Below the pieces are notes generated by a model that was not told where the DNA came from, made no database searches, and was given only the letters and a program-made list of their open reading frames with translations. A stretch of DNA of 63,626 bases, counting the filler, from Chiloscyllium plagiosum (Eukaryota), in the NCBI RefSeq assembly GCF_004010195.1. It is 5 parts of one record of this genome, joined end to end, with 100 filler letters (N's around TTAATTAATTAA, not from the genome) between each part and the next. Parts side by side here need not be neighbours in the genome. Positions count along the whole stretch, not along the records: positions 22,483 to 47,702 come from NC_057714.1; 4 more parts are not named here. The stretch is one strand, 5' to 3'. Shown here piece by piece: positions 24,660 through 37,804 of this stretch. Both the position numbers and the translations under genes were made by a program. Each line of letters opens with the position of its first letter. Position 1 is the stretch's first letter.

Positions 24660-27092
24660 TAAATATGGCCCCTCAAAGATCAGCAAAGCCGACTATGTGT
24701 GGAACTGCAGGAGGGGGGCAAGATCCTAAATGAGAGCTTTGCATTAGTGTTTACTGTGGAGAAAGAGAACTTGGGGAAATAAATAGCGATATCATGACAA
24801 GTGTCCACATTACAGAGGAGGAGGTGCTGAATGCCTTAAAATGCATAAAAGTGCATAAGTCTCCAAGACCAGATCGGGTACATCATAGAACTTTGTGGGA
24901 AGCTAGGGAAGTGACAAAGGTGATCAATGAGGGTAGAGCAGTGCATATTGTTACGTGGATTTTAGTAAGGCTTTTGACAAGGTCCCTCATTGTCGGTTCA
25001 TCCAGAAGATTAAGATGCATGGGATACACAGTGACCTGGCCACGTGGATTGGCTTTCCCATAGAAGGCAGAGGGTAATGGTGGAAGGGTGGTTTTCAGGC
25101 TGGAGATCTGTAACTTGTGGTGTACTGCAGGGATCCATACTAGAAACTCTGCTGTTTATGATGTATATAAATGACTTGGATGAAAAAGTAGATGGGTGGG
25201 TTAGTAAGTTTGCAGACAATACAAAGATCAATTGAGTTGTGGATAGTGTAGAAGGTTGTCAAAGGCTACAGTGAGATATAGATCAGTTGCAGACATGGAT
25301 GGGGAAATGGCAAATGGAGTTTAATCCGGCTAAGTGTGAGGTGCTGCACTTTGGGAGATCAAATGTTATGGAAAAGTATACAGTTAATAGCAGGATCCTT
25401 AATAGCATTGATGTACAGAAGGATCTTGAGGTTCAAGTCCATAGCTCCCTGAAATTGGCCACACAAGTAGATAGTAAAGAAGGCGTATGGCATGCTGTCT
25501 TTATTGGTCAGGGAATTGAATACAAGAAACAGGATGTTGCAGCTTTATAAAACATTGGTTAGGCGACATTTACAGTACTGCATCCAATTCTAGTTGCAAC
25601 ATTACAGGGAGGATGTGGAGGCTTTGGAGAGGGTGCAGAAGAGGTTTGCTGGATGCTGCCTGGATAGAGGGTATGATCTATAAGGAGAGGCTAGAAAACC
25701 TCAGGCTGTTTTCTCTTAGGGCTGAGGCTAAGGGGAGACTTGATATAAGTCTATAAAATTATGGGATACATAGATAGGGTTGACAGTCAGAATCTGTTTC
25801 CCAGAATTGAAATGTCTATTACTAGAGGGAACGTATTTACGGTGAGAGGGGGAAGATTCAAAGGTGAGGTAAAGGGCAAGTTTTTTTTAAACACAGTGAG
25901 TGGCAAGAGCCTGGAACGCACTACCACGGGTGGGAATGCAGGCAGATACAATAAAGGCATTTAAGAGACATTTGGATAAGCACATGAAAATGCATGGAAT
26001 GGAGGTATATGGATGAAGGGCAGGCAGAAAGGATTGGTTTAATTTGGCATCATGTTTGGCACATCATCGGACACTGAAGGGCCCGTTTCTGTGCTGTACT
26101 GTTCTGTGTTCTATGTTCTAAATGATTGCTAGGCCACTTGCTTTGTATCGTCAATAGCCACAGATGAGATGCTGGTAGATGGGAGATTGGTTAATGTGGT
26201 GCCATTATTTAAGAAAGGTGGTAAGGAAACGTCAGGGAACTTTAGACTACAACAGGATCTTGATCAGATGGGCCAATGGGTCGAGGAGTGGCAGATGGAG
26301 TTTAATTTAGATAAATGTGAGGTCCTGCATTTTGGAAAGGCAAAATCAGGGCAGGACTTATACACATAATGATAAGGTCCAGAGGAGCGTTCCCAAACAA
26401 AGAGACCTTGGAGTGCAGGTTCATGTTCCTTGAAAGTGGAGTCACATATAGTCAGGGTAATGAAAAAGGCGTTTGGTATGCTTGCCATTATTGGTCAGTG
26501 CATTGAGTATAAGAGTTGAGAGGTCATGTTGCAGCTGTAAAGGACATTGATTCGGTCATTTTTGGAACACTGCATTTGATGCTGGTCTTCCTGCCTTAGG
26601 AAAGATGTTGTTAAACTTGAAAAGGTATCAGAAAAGATTTACAAGGATGTTGCCAGGGCTGGAGGATTTGAGCTATAGGGAGAGGCTGAACAGGCTGGGG
26701 CTATTTTCCCTAAAGTGTCAAGATTGGGTGGGGAACTTATAGAGGTTTATAAAATCATGAGGAGCACGGATATGGTGAATAGTCAAAGTCTTTTCCCCAG
26801 GGTAGGAGTCCAAAATTAAGGGCATAGATTTAGGGTGAGAGGGGAAAAATTTAAAAGGGATCTGGGGAATAATGTTTTCATGCAGAGGGTGTTGTGTGTA
26901 TGGAATGAACTGCCAGAGGAAGTGGTGGAGACTGGTATAGTGGCAACATTTAAAAGGCACCCAGATGGGTATATGAATAGGAAGGGTTTAGAGGCATATG
27001 GGCCAAATGGGACTAGATTAGTTTAGGATATCTAGTCAGAATGGCCCAGTTGGACCAAAGTGTCTGTTTCAATGCTGGCCATCTCTATGATT
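24660..27092 (+). mobile_element. Two interleaved CR1 LINE remnants (tails ending ~26120 and ~27092)
   Basis: WLSHRRQRVMVEG...QGSIL...SKFADNTK; WQMEFNPAKCEVLHFG; two separate CR1 3' tails. Confidence 0.9.
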
Positions 27093-28242
27093 CTAATAAT
27101 CTTCAGACATGAAAATTTGATGGGTGGTATTACTTCATTTCTTCCTGATGATCTGAATTCAATGGTTTCTTGTCTTATGCTCCATGATAAAGATTTTAAA
27201 TTTTGTTTCTCAATTAAATTATGATTTACTAACATTATAATGATTCGAACAATGAAAATGTGGTTCCAGATTTTCTGCAGAACACGTTTTACTAAGTTTC
27301 TAGATCTATATGTACAATTGAATAGCTGAAGTGACAAGAGTTAATCAAGGCTTTTTTTATAAGACTCATCCATACCTCAATAAAGAGTTACAGCTATGGA
27401 ATATTTCCGGATATGCGTTATCCATTTTGCAGATTTCTTTCAATTACACTGTATCTTACCCTAATGAGGCATTAATTGACCAATACACAATAAATTATCA
27501 TTTCACATAAATTGTATGATGAGATTTAATTGGTTGTGCTGGCTTTGCGCATCCCTGTTTCATCTCTTGGACTTGGATTTGAAGACAACAGGACTATCAC
27601 TTGGAAGGTTTCTGCTGCTTAAGGCTGGTGAGTGTCTGGCTCATAATGTGTGTGAATTCAGAACAGAAAACTGCATGTGTTAGTGGCAGTGTTATGACTA
27701 TAACTGGAGGAATGCACTGGTATGTGAGTCCAACGCTCCGTCAGTTGCACCATTTATATAAATATGTTGATTCAATGGTAAATTTTTTTTTTTAAAAACT
27801 ACTATCCAGAATTAAACAGACCTTCACCAGGATCTTTAACTCAAAATAATCTGTTCACTGGAACACAAATCTTATTCCTAAGTGCAAGTGAGATATTTAA
27901 TATTTAAGATATAATTAGGAAATAACGCTATACCCACTTAATCCCAAACAGAGACAGTCACTCAACAGAAAAAGACAACAATCTCTGAAAAGATGACGTT
28001 TAAAAAAAAGAAGGAAATACAAGCCATATGGCAAAGGGTCTGGAAACAAAAGTCTAGTATATGATGACATTTCCTGGTCCACTGGGTTTTCTGTTGACAA
28101 AAACAAATTGCTGACAACTGTTGAGTGATGAAGATTGAGATTTTGGAGAAGGCTTATAGCTCAGGTTGTGGATCATGTGGTCGGTTTGCTCGCTGAGTTG
28201 GCAGGGTTTGTTTGTCACCATGCTGGGTAACATTATCAGTGA

Positions 28243-29372
28243 AGAAGAAAGTGAGGACTGCAGATGCTGGAGATCAGAGCTGAAAATGTGTTGCTGGAAA
28301 AGTGCAGCAGGTCAGGCAGCATCCAAGGAGCAGGAGAATCGGCGTTTCGGGCACAAGCCCTTCTTCAGGAATGAGGAGAGTGTGCCAAGCAGGCTAAGAT
28401 AAAAGGTAGGGAGGAGGGACTTGGGGGAGGGGCGTTGGAAATGCGATAGGTGGAAGGAGGTTAAGGTGAGGGTGATAAGGTGAGGGTGATAAGGTGAGAG
28501 TGATAGGCCAGAGTGGGGGTGGGGGAGGAGAGGTCAGGAAGAAGATTGCAAATTAGGAAGGTGGTGCTGTGTTCGAGGGTTGGGACTGAGACAAGGTGGG
28601 GGGAGGGGAAATGAGGAAACTGGAGAAATCTGAGTTTGATCCCTTGTGGTTGGAGGGTTCCTAGGCGGAAGATGAGACGCTCTTTCTCCAGCCGTCGTGT
28701 TGCTATGGTCTGGTGATGGAGGGATCCAAGGACCTGCATGTCCTTGGTGGAGTGGGAGGGGGAGTTGAAGTGTTGAGCCACGGGGTGGTTGGGTTGGTTG
28801 GTCCGGGTGTCGCAGAGGGGTCCTCTGAAACGTTCTGCAAGTAGGCGGCCTGTCTCCCCAACATAGAGGAGGCCACATCGGGTGCAGCGGATGCAATAGA
28901 TGATGTGTGTGGAGGTGCAGGTGAATTTGTGGCAGATATGGAAGGATCCCTTGGGGCCTTGGAGGGAAGTAAGTGGAGAGGTGTGGGCACAAGTTTTGCA
29001 TTTCTTGCGGTTGCAGGGGAAGGTGCCGGGAGTGGAGGTTGGGTTGGTGGGGGGTGTGGACCTGACGAGGGAGTCATGGAGGGAGTGGTCTTTTCGGAAC
29101 GCTGATAGGGGAGGGGAGGGAAATATATCCCTGGTGGTGAGCGCCGTTTGGAGGTGGCGGAAATGACGACGGATGATACGATGTATATGGAGGTTGGTGG
29201 GGTGGTAGGTGAGGACCAGTGGGGTTCTGTTCTGGTGGCAATTGGAGGGGCGGGGCTCAAGGGCGGAGGAGCGGGAAGTGAAGGAGATGCGGTGGAGAGC
29301 ATCGTCGACCACGTCTGGGGGGAAATTGCGGTCTTTGAAGAAAGAGGCCATCTGTGTTGTTCGGTATTGAGC
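28243..29372 (-). mobile_element. Penelope-like element (Neptune-like) 3' part: Cys-rich linker, GIY-YIG, terminus with hammerhead core
   Basis: ORF 28461-29387: FPCNRKKCKTC...FTCTSTHIIYCIRCTRCGLLYVGETGRLLAERF...VAQHFN; core TTTCGGGCACAAGCCCTTCTTCAG at 28345-28368 (-). Confidence 0.92.
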
Positions 29373-29377
29373 CTGGA

Positions 29378-29665
29378 GGATCACCACCCTGGAGGTCCTG
29401 CTTCTCAGCTTCTTTCTCTCCTAACTGCCTGTATTCACTCCGCAGACCCTCATCCTTCTTTCTAACTATATGTCGTTGGTACCAATGTGCACAATGATGT
29501 TTGGCTACTCACCCTCCCCTTTAAGAATTTTGTGTACCCCCTCAGTGAAGCCCTTGACCCGAGCACCAGGGAGGAAACATACACCATCCTAGAGTCTCGA
29601 ACGCGGCCACAGAAATGCCTGTCTGTGCCCTTGGGTGCTACCCATTCCTGTACAACACTCTCTAC
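29378..29665 (-). mobile_element. CR1 ORF1 (SGNH esterase-like) fragment
   Basis: Minus strand encodes FCGRVRDSRMV...PGARV...IIVHIGTNDI, typical of CR1 ORF1p esterase. Confidence 0.7.
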
Positions 29666-29731
29666 CCTGGGAAAACCTGACGAAAGGTTCACCCTCTCAG
29701 CAATAGCTGATTCCCCAAATAGAGCTTCATG

Positions 29732-30497
29732 ATTTGATTTGATTTATTATTTCACTGTATCTTGGTACAAGTGACAAAGTATTGTTTTGCATGCTAACCA
29801 GACAAATCATACCTTTCATAAGTAGATCAGGCTAACAGAACAAGTGCAGAATATCGTGTTACAGCTACAGAGAAGGTGCAGAGAAAGATCAACTCTAATA
29901 TATGAGAGGTCCGTTCATAAGCCTGATAACAGCAGGGAAGGAGCTGTTTGTGAACCTGTTGTTACATGTTTTCAAACTTTTGAGCCCAATATAACTGAGT
30001 TGGGAGGGGTCTTTGATGATGTTGGTTGCTTTTCCAAGGCAATGGGAAAATGTAGATGGAGTCGATGGATGCCTGTGTTGTGTGATGGACTGGGTTGTAT
30101 TCATAACTCTCTGTAATTTCTTGTGGTTTTGGGCAGACCAATTGCCATACCAAGTTGTGATACATCTGGATAGAATGCGGTCTATGGTGCATTTGGTAAG
30201 AGTCATTGTGGACATGCCAACTTTCCTTAGCCTTTTGAGGAAGTAGAGGTGATGGTGTGCTTTCTTGACTGTAGCATCGATATGGATGGACCAGGAGAGA
30301 TTGTTAGTGACATTTACTCTTCGGAACTTGAAGCTTTCAACCACCTCTACCTCTGCACCATTGATACATTGTCCTCCACTCTGCTTCCTGAAGTCGATGA
30401 ACAGCTCCTTCGTTTTGCTAACATTGAGGGAGAGATTGCATTCTTTACACTATGTCGCTAAGCTGTCTATCTCCTTCCTGTGTCTGTCTCATTGTTG
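29732..30497 (-). mobile_element. Rex1/Babar-like LINE 3' fragment
   Basis: VESFKF...NNLSWSIHIDATVKKAHHHLYFLKRLRK...CITTWYGN...RFTNSSFPAVIRLMN; ATCAA-repeat tail. Confidence 0.85.
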
Positions 30498-31031
30498 AGG
30501 AGCACTAGGAGGGAAACAATTAGAAGCTAGACCCAACCCAGTGTTCCAATTAGTGGACTTTGTCAGTCAATGCTACAGAGAACAATCAGCCCCAGGGACC
30601 CACCATCTCTGCTGTGTCACTCACTAACCAACTCACACTGTCTTTTCTTTAGATTTCTAATATTTGTGCTACTTTGTTCTAAAGAGCACTCCCAATACTC
30701 TGAACTTAAATAACATAAATATGTATGTCCTAGCACTTATTCCCATCCATCAGTCGAGCAATGGTGATACATAAGCATTTGCTCTGTACTTGTCTAATAA
30801 ATATATTCATAACAAACTGTTTTCAGAAACATTAATGATTTATATGCTTTGTCCATTCTGTATCTATAGCTCCCACATACTAACTACACCACCATATATC
30901 TGATTAACATATTGCAGTCACCTCTAAATTCTCTGTTCCTAATTGTTTTATAACATCAACAATGTTTCCTAGAAAGGAAAAAGATTTACATTCATATAGC
31001 ACCTTTCAGAACCATAGGATATTCCAAAACA

Positions 31032-31733
31032 TGGTCAGAGTATTGAGTACAGGAATTGGGAGGTCATGTTGCGGCTGTACAGGACATTGGTTAGGCCACT
31101 GTTGGAATATTGCGTACAATTCTGGTCTCCTTCCTATCGGAAAGATGTTGTGAAACTTGAAAGGGTTCAGAAAAAATTTACAAGGATGTTGCCAGGGTTG
31201 GAGGATTTGAGCTAAAGGGAGAGGCTGAACAGGCTGGGGCTGTTTTCCCTGGTCGAGGCTGGTACAATTGCAACATTTAAGAGGCATTTGGATGGGTATA
31301 TGAATAGGAAGGGTTTGGAGGGATATGGGCCGGGTGCTGGCAGGTGGGACTAGATTGGGTTGGGATATCTGGTCGGCGTGGACAGGTTGGACCAAAGGAT
31401 CTTAGACTAGATTAGATTAGATTACTTACAGTGTGGAAACAGGCCCTTCGGCCCAACAAGTCCACACCGCCCCACCAAAGCGCAACCCACCCATATCCCT
31501 ACATTTACCCCTTACCTAACACTACGGGCAATTTAGCATGGCCAATTCACCTGACCTGCACATCTTTGACTGTGGGAGGAAACCCACGCAGACACGGGGA
31601 GAACGTGCAAACTCCACACAGTCAGTCGCCTGAGGCGGGAATTGAACCCGGGTCTCTAGCGGTGTGAGGCAGCAGTGCTAACCACTGTACCACCGTGCCG
31701 CCCACCATGCTGTACATCTCTACGACTCTATGA
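31032..31733 (+). mobile_element. CR1 (HER1-like) 3' fragment with internal deletion; HE1 SINE inserted in its tail
   Basis: Near-identical to 57135-57893; tail resumes at ~31704 with CCATGCTGTACATCTCTACGACTCTATG. Confidence 0.9.
31402..31703 (-). mobile_element. HE1-type SINE, young copy
   Basis: GGGCGGCACGGTGGTACAGTGGTTAGCACTGC head, B-box GGTTCAATTCC, (TCTAA)n tail. Confidence 0.92.
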
Positions 31734-31919
31734 GATTTTAGAGCCAAATGAACTATTTTTTGAACCTTAGTGCCTGTTGTAATGTGAGGAATGTGAATGC
31801 TATTGTGTATACAGAAAGCTCCCACAAACAGCCATGCATGATAAACAAGCCATCTGTTTCAATGGTGTTGTTGATTGAGGAATAAATATTTGCTGAGGAC
31901 ACGGGTGAATTCCCCTTTC

Positions 31920-32670
31920 ATGGAGTCTTAGAGATGTACAGAGTAGAAACAAACACTTTAGTCCAACTCATCCATGCCAACCAGATATCCTAAATTAATC
32001 TAGTCTCATTTGCCTGCATTTGACCCATATCCCTTTAACTCCTTCCTATTCAGATACAACATTTGAAAGGAATCTGGTTAGGTAATTGTACCAGCCTTCT
32101 CTAGCAGTTCATTTCATGCACGTAACTACCCTCTGCATGAAAAGGTTGCCCCACAGGTCCCTTTTAATTTTTCCCCTCTCACCTTAAACCTATGCCCTCT
32201 GGTTTTGAGCTCCCCTTATCCAGGAAAAGTCTATTCACCTTATCCATGCCCCTCATGATTCTACAAATAAGGCTCTTATGCGTCAGGGAAAATAGCCCCA
32301 GTCTATTCAACCTCTGCCTATACATCAAGCTCTCCAATCCTGGCAGCATCCTTGTAAAATTTTGAGAAACTTTTCAAGTTGCATATAGTATTCCAAAAGT
32401 GGCCTAACCAATGTCTTGTACAGCTGCAACATGAACTCCCAACTCCTATACTGAATGCACTGACCAATAAAGTCAAGCATACCAAACACCTTCTTCACTA
32501 TCCTGACTACCTGTGACTCCACTTTCAAGGAAAGTATGAACCTGCACTCCAAGGTCTCTTTGTTCAGCAATACACTCCAGGATCCTACCCATTACGTGTA
32601 TAGTCCTGCCTTGATTTGCCTTTTACAAAATGCAGCACCTCACATTCGTCTGCCACTCCTCAGCCCATTT
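31920..32670 (-). mobile_element. CR1 (HER1-like) 3' fragment
   Basis: SLKVESQVVRIVKKVFGML...LQLYKTLVRPLLEY. Confidence 0.9.
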
Positions 32671-34804
32671 GGAGGAAATGTTGGCCTCTAATATTCTCCT
32701 TTGGATTGAGCCCCTAATAGAACTTTTCCAAGACCAACCTCACATCACAGTAGAATGCCTTGTTGTGTGATAATATTTCTGTCTGTGACAGGAGGCATGA
32801 AGCCTCTGCAACTGTCCTAGAGACAGGAAGACGAGATCAGGAACTCACTATGTTGCTTGCCTATGTGTATGTGTGTGTTATATTGCCTAGTGAAAATCCT
32901 CTGCAAAGCATGATTGTTCCACGTAGTCCCATAACAATCGCTCTATGCACATGATAAAACCAGCAACTGGAAGGTGAATGGTCATGTGGGATTACTTGAG
33001 GAAGGTGTGTTAACCAGGACAAAGAATGCACTCATCTGAAAATAATGCAATGATATTATTAAAATCCATACTGGACCACCAGAACAGGCAAATATGCCTT
33101 GTTTTTATAATCTGATGTGGAAACAGATGCTGGTCTCCCTCTTCCAACTTAACCTGTTTGGTCACTTTTACACACATTAGCCAGGACAGTGAGTACACTG
33201 TATCTTGAGAATCACAGCCAAACATCAGGCCAACTCACCTGTGCAATGTCCAGGGAGTAGATGCGTTACCAAATACTGAGCAGGAATAGGATCCTAAGCT
33301 CCTCCATAATACAAAGGCACTGACCCAAACTGTGATGCCTCCTCATGGTGCCCCTCTGTTGAGGTCTACTCAGCCAGCAATCACTTCAAAAAGGAAGAAG
33401 GACTTTGCATTTATATAGCACCTCAGGACGTGCTTCACAGCCAACCATGTGCCTTGTGAAGCTGTAGTGCAGGGAAATGGGGCAGTACGCACAGAGAGCT
33501 CACACAAACAGCAAGGCGACAGTAACAGAAGTCAAGACCTCCCTAGTTGCATGGCTCCACCGATCACTGCCTTAAGGAGCCATGGCTTTAATGGGCAAAC
33601 CTGACGTTACTCCGGAGAATGCCTGCAACAGAGGGTTATCCGACGCAGGCCATAAACCGGACAGGAGATTGCTGACAGGGGGTAATGCTAAAAATGCATT
33701 TGCAGCTGGATACAGACATCGCTTTCAATTCTTTAACAAGAACAGATGCTTTCTGTCAAGGAGAGCAGGCAGGGCCTTGTGCAATAAAACATTAATGTTT
33801 AAGAAAGATGGTCTTATTCGAACAAGAAAGAAGAACATCAGTCATGTAAGAGACAGGTTAATAATGAAGATAAGAGGAAGAGGCCAGCCAGAATGACCAG
33901 AGTATTTGCCAGTGTCTGTAAATTAGCAATGAAACCGAAGCCAGGCTCTATGGAGACAGTTAGTAATGTGTGGGATCTGGCAGTCCCATGATTTCATGTC
34001 ATATCACAGTTCCAAGCTGAAGACAAGTCATAAATCATACTCGCCTTGGCCAAACTTGCATCGTACACCAGAATATTCACAAGTATTACTTTTCCCTCTG
34101 TTTTCTGCCTGGGGAGAACATATTATTTGTGAAAATCCTGAAGGTGGAAATTAAAGATCTGACTGTGGTCTCGGTGTCTTGCAAACTAGCTATTCCTACT
34201 TGAAGACTCTGCACTTATTGCACTGTTCAAACGCACAAGGCAATAATGCTGAGGTTAATCATTATGTTCACATGTACATGCCTGTGTGTGTACATACATC
34301 TGTACTTTCCAAGAATGTTGATGGTGAATGGGAAGAATATGCTGAGGCCAATATTAGTGACAACCCACTGGCAAAGACAAGGGAAAGAAAGAAAGATTTG
34401 CATTTGTGTGTCATCTCTCATAAGCTCAGGATACCTCGAGGTACCCTACAGCCAGTGCAGCACTTGGAGTGTAGTTGTGGTTATAATTTCGAAATTGCAT
34501 TAGTCAGTTTGTCCTTAGCAAGATCCCACCAATGGTATTGTGCTAATAAACTGTTTAACTGGTATTTGTCGAGGGATAAATATTGGCCAGCACCCTGGGT
34601 AGAATTGGTCAATACCACCATATTTTGGTTTCAACTAACTGAGCTGAAAGTAACTGGCATAGGTGACCTTATATCACAAGCTTCAGACAGAATCCTGCCA
34701 CCTTATTATTTCTCATCTATGTGGTGTTCCCTTGGCAATATAATCTGAAAACAGCATCAGTACAATATCTATCTTCAATTCTGTCTCTGCACCACCTCCT
34801 TGAA

Positions 34805-36135
34805 TAGAACATTGAACATAAAACATAGAAAAGTACAGCACAGAACAAGCCCTTCGGCCCACGATGATGTGTCGAGGATTATTCCTAATCTAAAATAAAA
34901 TAATCTAACCTACGCATGTGCATGTCCAGCAGTCACTTAAATGTCCCTAATGACTTTGCTTCCGCCACCACCACTGGCAACGCATTCCATGCATTCACAA
35001 CTCTCTGCGTAAAGAACCTACCTCTGACGTCTCCTCTATACCTTCCTCCTAATATCTTAAAACAATGACCCCTCGTGCCTGTCAATCCTGCCCTGGGGAA
35101 AGGTCTCTGGCTATTGACTCTATCCATGCCTCTCATTACCTTGTATACCTCAATCAGGCCACCTCTCTTCCTCCTCTCCAGAGAGAAAAGTCCAAACTCA
35201 GTCAACCTCTCGTCATAAGGCAAGCCCTCCAGTCCAGGCAGCATCCTGGTAAACCTTCTCCACAGCCTCTGTATCTTTCCTATAGTAGGGCGACCAGAAC
35301 TGGGCACAATATTCCAAATGTGGTCTCACCAGGGACTTGTAGAACTGCAGCAAAACTTCACGGCTCTTAAACTCGATCCCCCTGTTAATGAAAGCCAAAA
35401 CACCACATGCTTTCTTAACAACCTTATCCACTTGGGTGGCAACGTGAGGGACCTATGCACTTGAACACCATGATCCCTCTGTTCCTCCACGCTGCCAAGA
35501 ATCCTGACTTTAATCCTATAATCAGCATTTGAGTTCGACCTTCCAAAATGCATCACTTCGCATTTATCCAGGTTGAACTCTATCTGCCATTTCTCAGCCC
35601 AGCTCTGCATCCTGTCTTTGTCGCACTGCAGCCTGCAATAGCTCTGGATACTATTGACAACACCTCCAACCTTTGTGTCATCGGCAAATTTACTAACCCA
35701 TCCCTCAACCTCCTCATCCAAGTCATTTATAAAAACTACAAAGACCAGAGGTGCAAGAACAGAGCCCTGCGGGACCCCACTCAACACTGCCCTCCAGGCA
35801 GAATACTTCCCATCTACAACCACTCTCTGCCTTCTGTCAACCAACCAATTCTGAATCCAGACAGCCAAATCTCCCTGTATCCCATACCTTCTGAATTTAT
35901 GAATGAGCCTTCCATGGGGAACCTTATCAAATGCCTTGCTGAAGTCCATGTACACCACATCCACTACTCGACCTGTCTTGTCACCTCCTCAAAGAACTCA
36001 ATAAAATTTGTGAGGCATGACCTGCCCCTCACAAAGCCATGCTGACTGCCTTTAATCACACTATGCGTTTCCAATTAGTCATAAATCCTATCCCTCAGAA
36101 TTCTTTCCAAAACCTTGCTGACCACAGACATAAGA
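34805..36135 (-). mobile_element. CR1 LINE RT and 3' tail, well preserved
   Basis: DVVYMDFSKAFDKVPH...GVPQGSVL...SKFADDTK...WQIEFNLDKCEVMHFG. Confidence 0.95.
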
Positions 36136-36459
36136 CGTAATCCTTCCACTAATTGACAGACATTTCATTTAATGAAATATACACCAAAGTTGATTTCTTT
36201 GATCCCTGTGACAAAATCCATTTCTGAGTCACTGACTACATCCCTCTTCCTAGTGATTATCTGGAAGGTAAACCTGATTGTTCAACATCTGAGAACCCTC
36301 TCATTGTCTGAAACGAGCTTTCAACCACAAACACATTAAGACAATCAATTTCCCCTTTCAATCAACCAACACCATCCTGGCCTTAACTGTGGTTGAAAAC
36401 TCCCTTCATCCTTTTTTAGCTTGAGATTGGTATTCCAACACACTTTTGCCTGCTTCCCC

Positions 36460-36835
36460 CATTATACCCTCTGCAAACTTGAGGTAATCCAAACCATGCT
36501 GACCATGTTCTAATTGGCATTGTCATGTATAAGGAGAAGAAAAAGTTGGGAATGCCAAGAAATAGGCAAGAAATTCTAAAGCTTAGGACCTTGGTGGCTG
36601 AGGGAAGAAGCAACAATACAAGTGTGACTCAGAGCTGTTCAAAATTCTAGAATTGAAGGAGTGTAGACAACTTGGATGGCTGTGGCGCTGGAGGAAATTA
36701 TGGTGTTAAGGAAAGATGAGACCACGGAGGACACTAACTGGCATTAACTCCTGTTCACCCATTGATATGTGCTGGCTCAACTACATTGCTTAACTGTAAG
36801 CCAATGCTTTACTTTTAAAATACTCATCTTGGTTT
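36460..36835. mobile_element. L2-like LINE 3' remnants
   Basis: CTGCAAACTTGAGGTAATCCAAAAC-like and CTCCTGTTCACCCAT...TTTTAAAATACTCATCTTGGTTTT segments resemble the L2 LxxIQN/PITP.L..LHWL..FKIL region. Confidence 0.45.
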
Positions 36836-37804
36836 TTAACAACCAGGATGTGTCAATATTCTCCTGAGTCCCCAGGAATGGCTTAGTATTTTTGGGAAGT
36901 TTTATGTATGTATCACTACTTACAAGGGGACCCAGGAGTGCCTGTATTTTCCAGGAGGGAGGTCATTCATTAATCAGAACGTGCAGATGACCTCAGCAAT
37001 ATAAATATTTTCAGAGGGACCCAGGAATGTATCAGTCGTTACAGAGGCTTCACAGGCGTGAGACAAGTTTTGGAAAGGGTCCAGGTGTGCTTAACTATGG
37101 GCAGGAGGACCCCATCTGTGGTCGGTAACTCTGGTTGCATGTTTATCCACAGAGGCTTCATAACATGACATCTGGTCTCCAATTACCCCTCCCCCACACT
37201 CCGACTCAACCATCCACAAAGCTGCTGGCCAATTGGAATGAGAAAAGAATCTTCATTTCCCACTTCAAGATTGTCAGTCAGACAGCCTTTTCCCCATATT
37301 TGTACAGGTAATAAACAGAGCATACTGATAGAAACTGGAAGAGACTCTCACGTTTATTAATGCCAGATTATATTTCTCCAGGGTGTGGCTTGCTGCAATG
37401 TCCCAGAGATTAATCTTCAGACCAATGCCGGAAGATTGGCATCACTTACAGTTTAGGGGCCAGGGATGTAACAATAAAGCCATCTCCGTGACCTGGACAG
37501 CCCTTTCATATCTTTTTCACATGCACTTAAAGGCAGGCTGAGATAACAGGAGCTGTACTGAAGGTCGGATTGATTGCAGCTTGCTGTCTAGGTTGTGGGA
37601 AGGTCCCTCCCTAAGGACATTCTGAGTGCAACCTATACAACATGCACTGCAGCATTTCAAATTGACTAGTTCACCATCTCCTTCTCCAGGATAAATTAAG
37701 GAAGGGCAACAAATGCTGGCCTAGCCACTGAAGCCCACTTCTGATGAGCAGACAAAAAAGAATAACAAAGCAAGCTGAAAGATAGAGTCAGGGTAACTGA
37801 CATT

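Noticed and set aside
28463..28504. Triple 14-bp repeat AAGGTGAGGGTGAT
   Set aside because: Local slippage in the PLE 3' region; the sister copy near 58113 has a single unit, and nothing suggests function.
33582..34748. ORFs of 104 and 189 aa in semi-unique DNA
   Set aside because: No recognisable domain; the 189-aa ORF runs through a decayed repeat also seen near 6850, 30965 and 33395.
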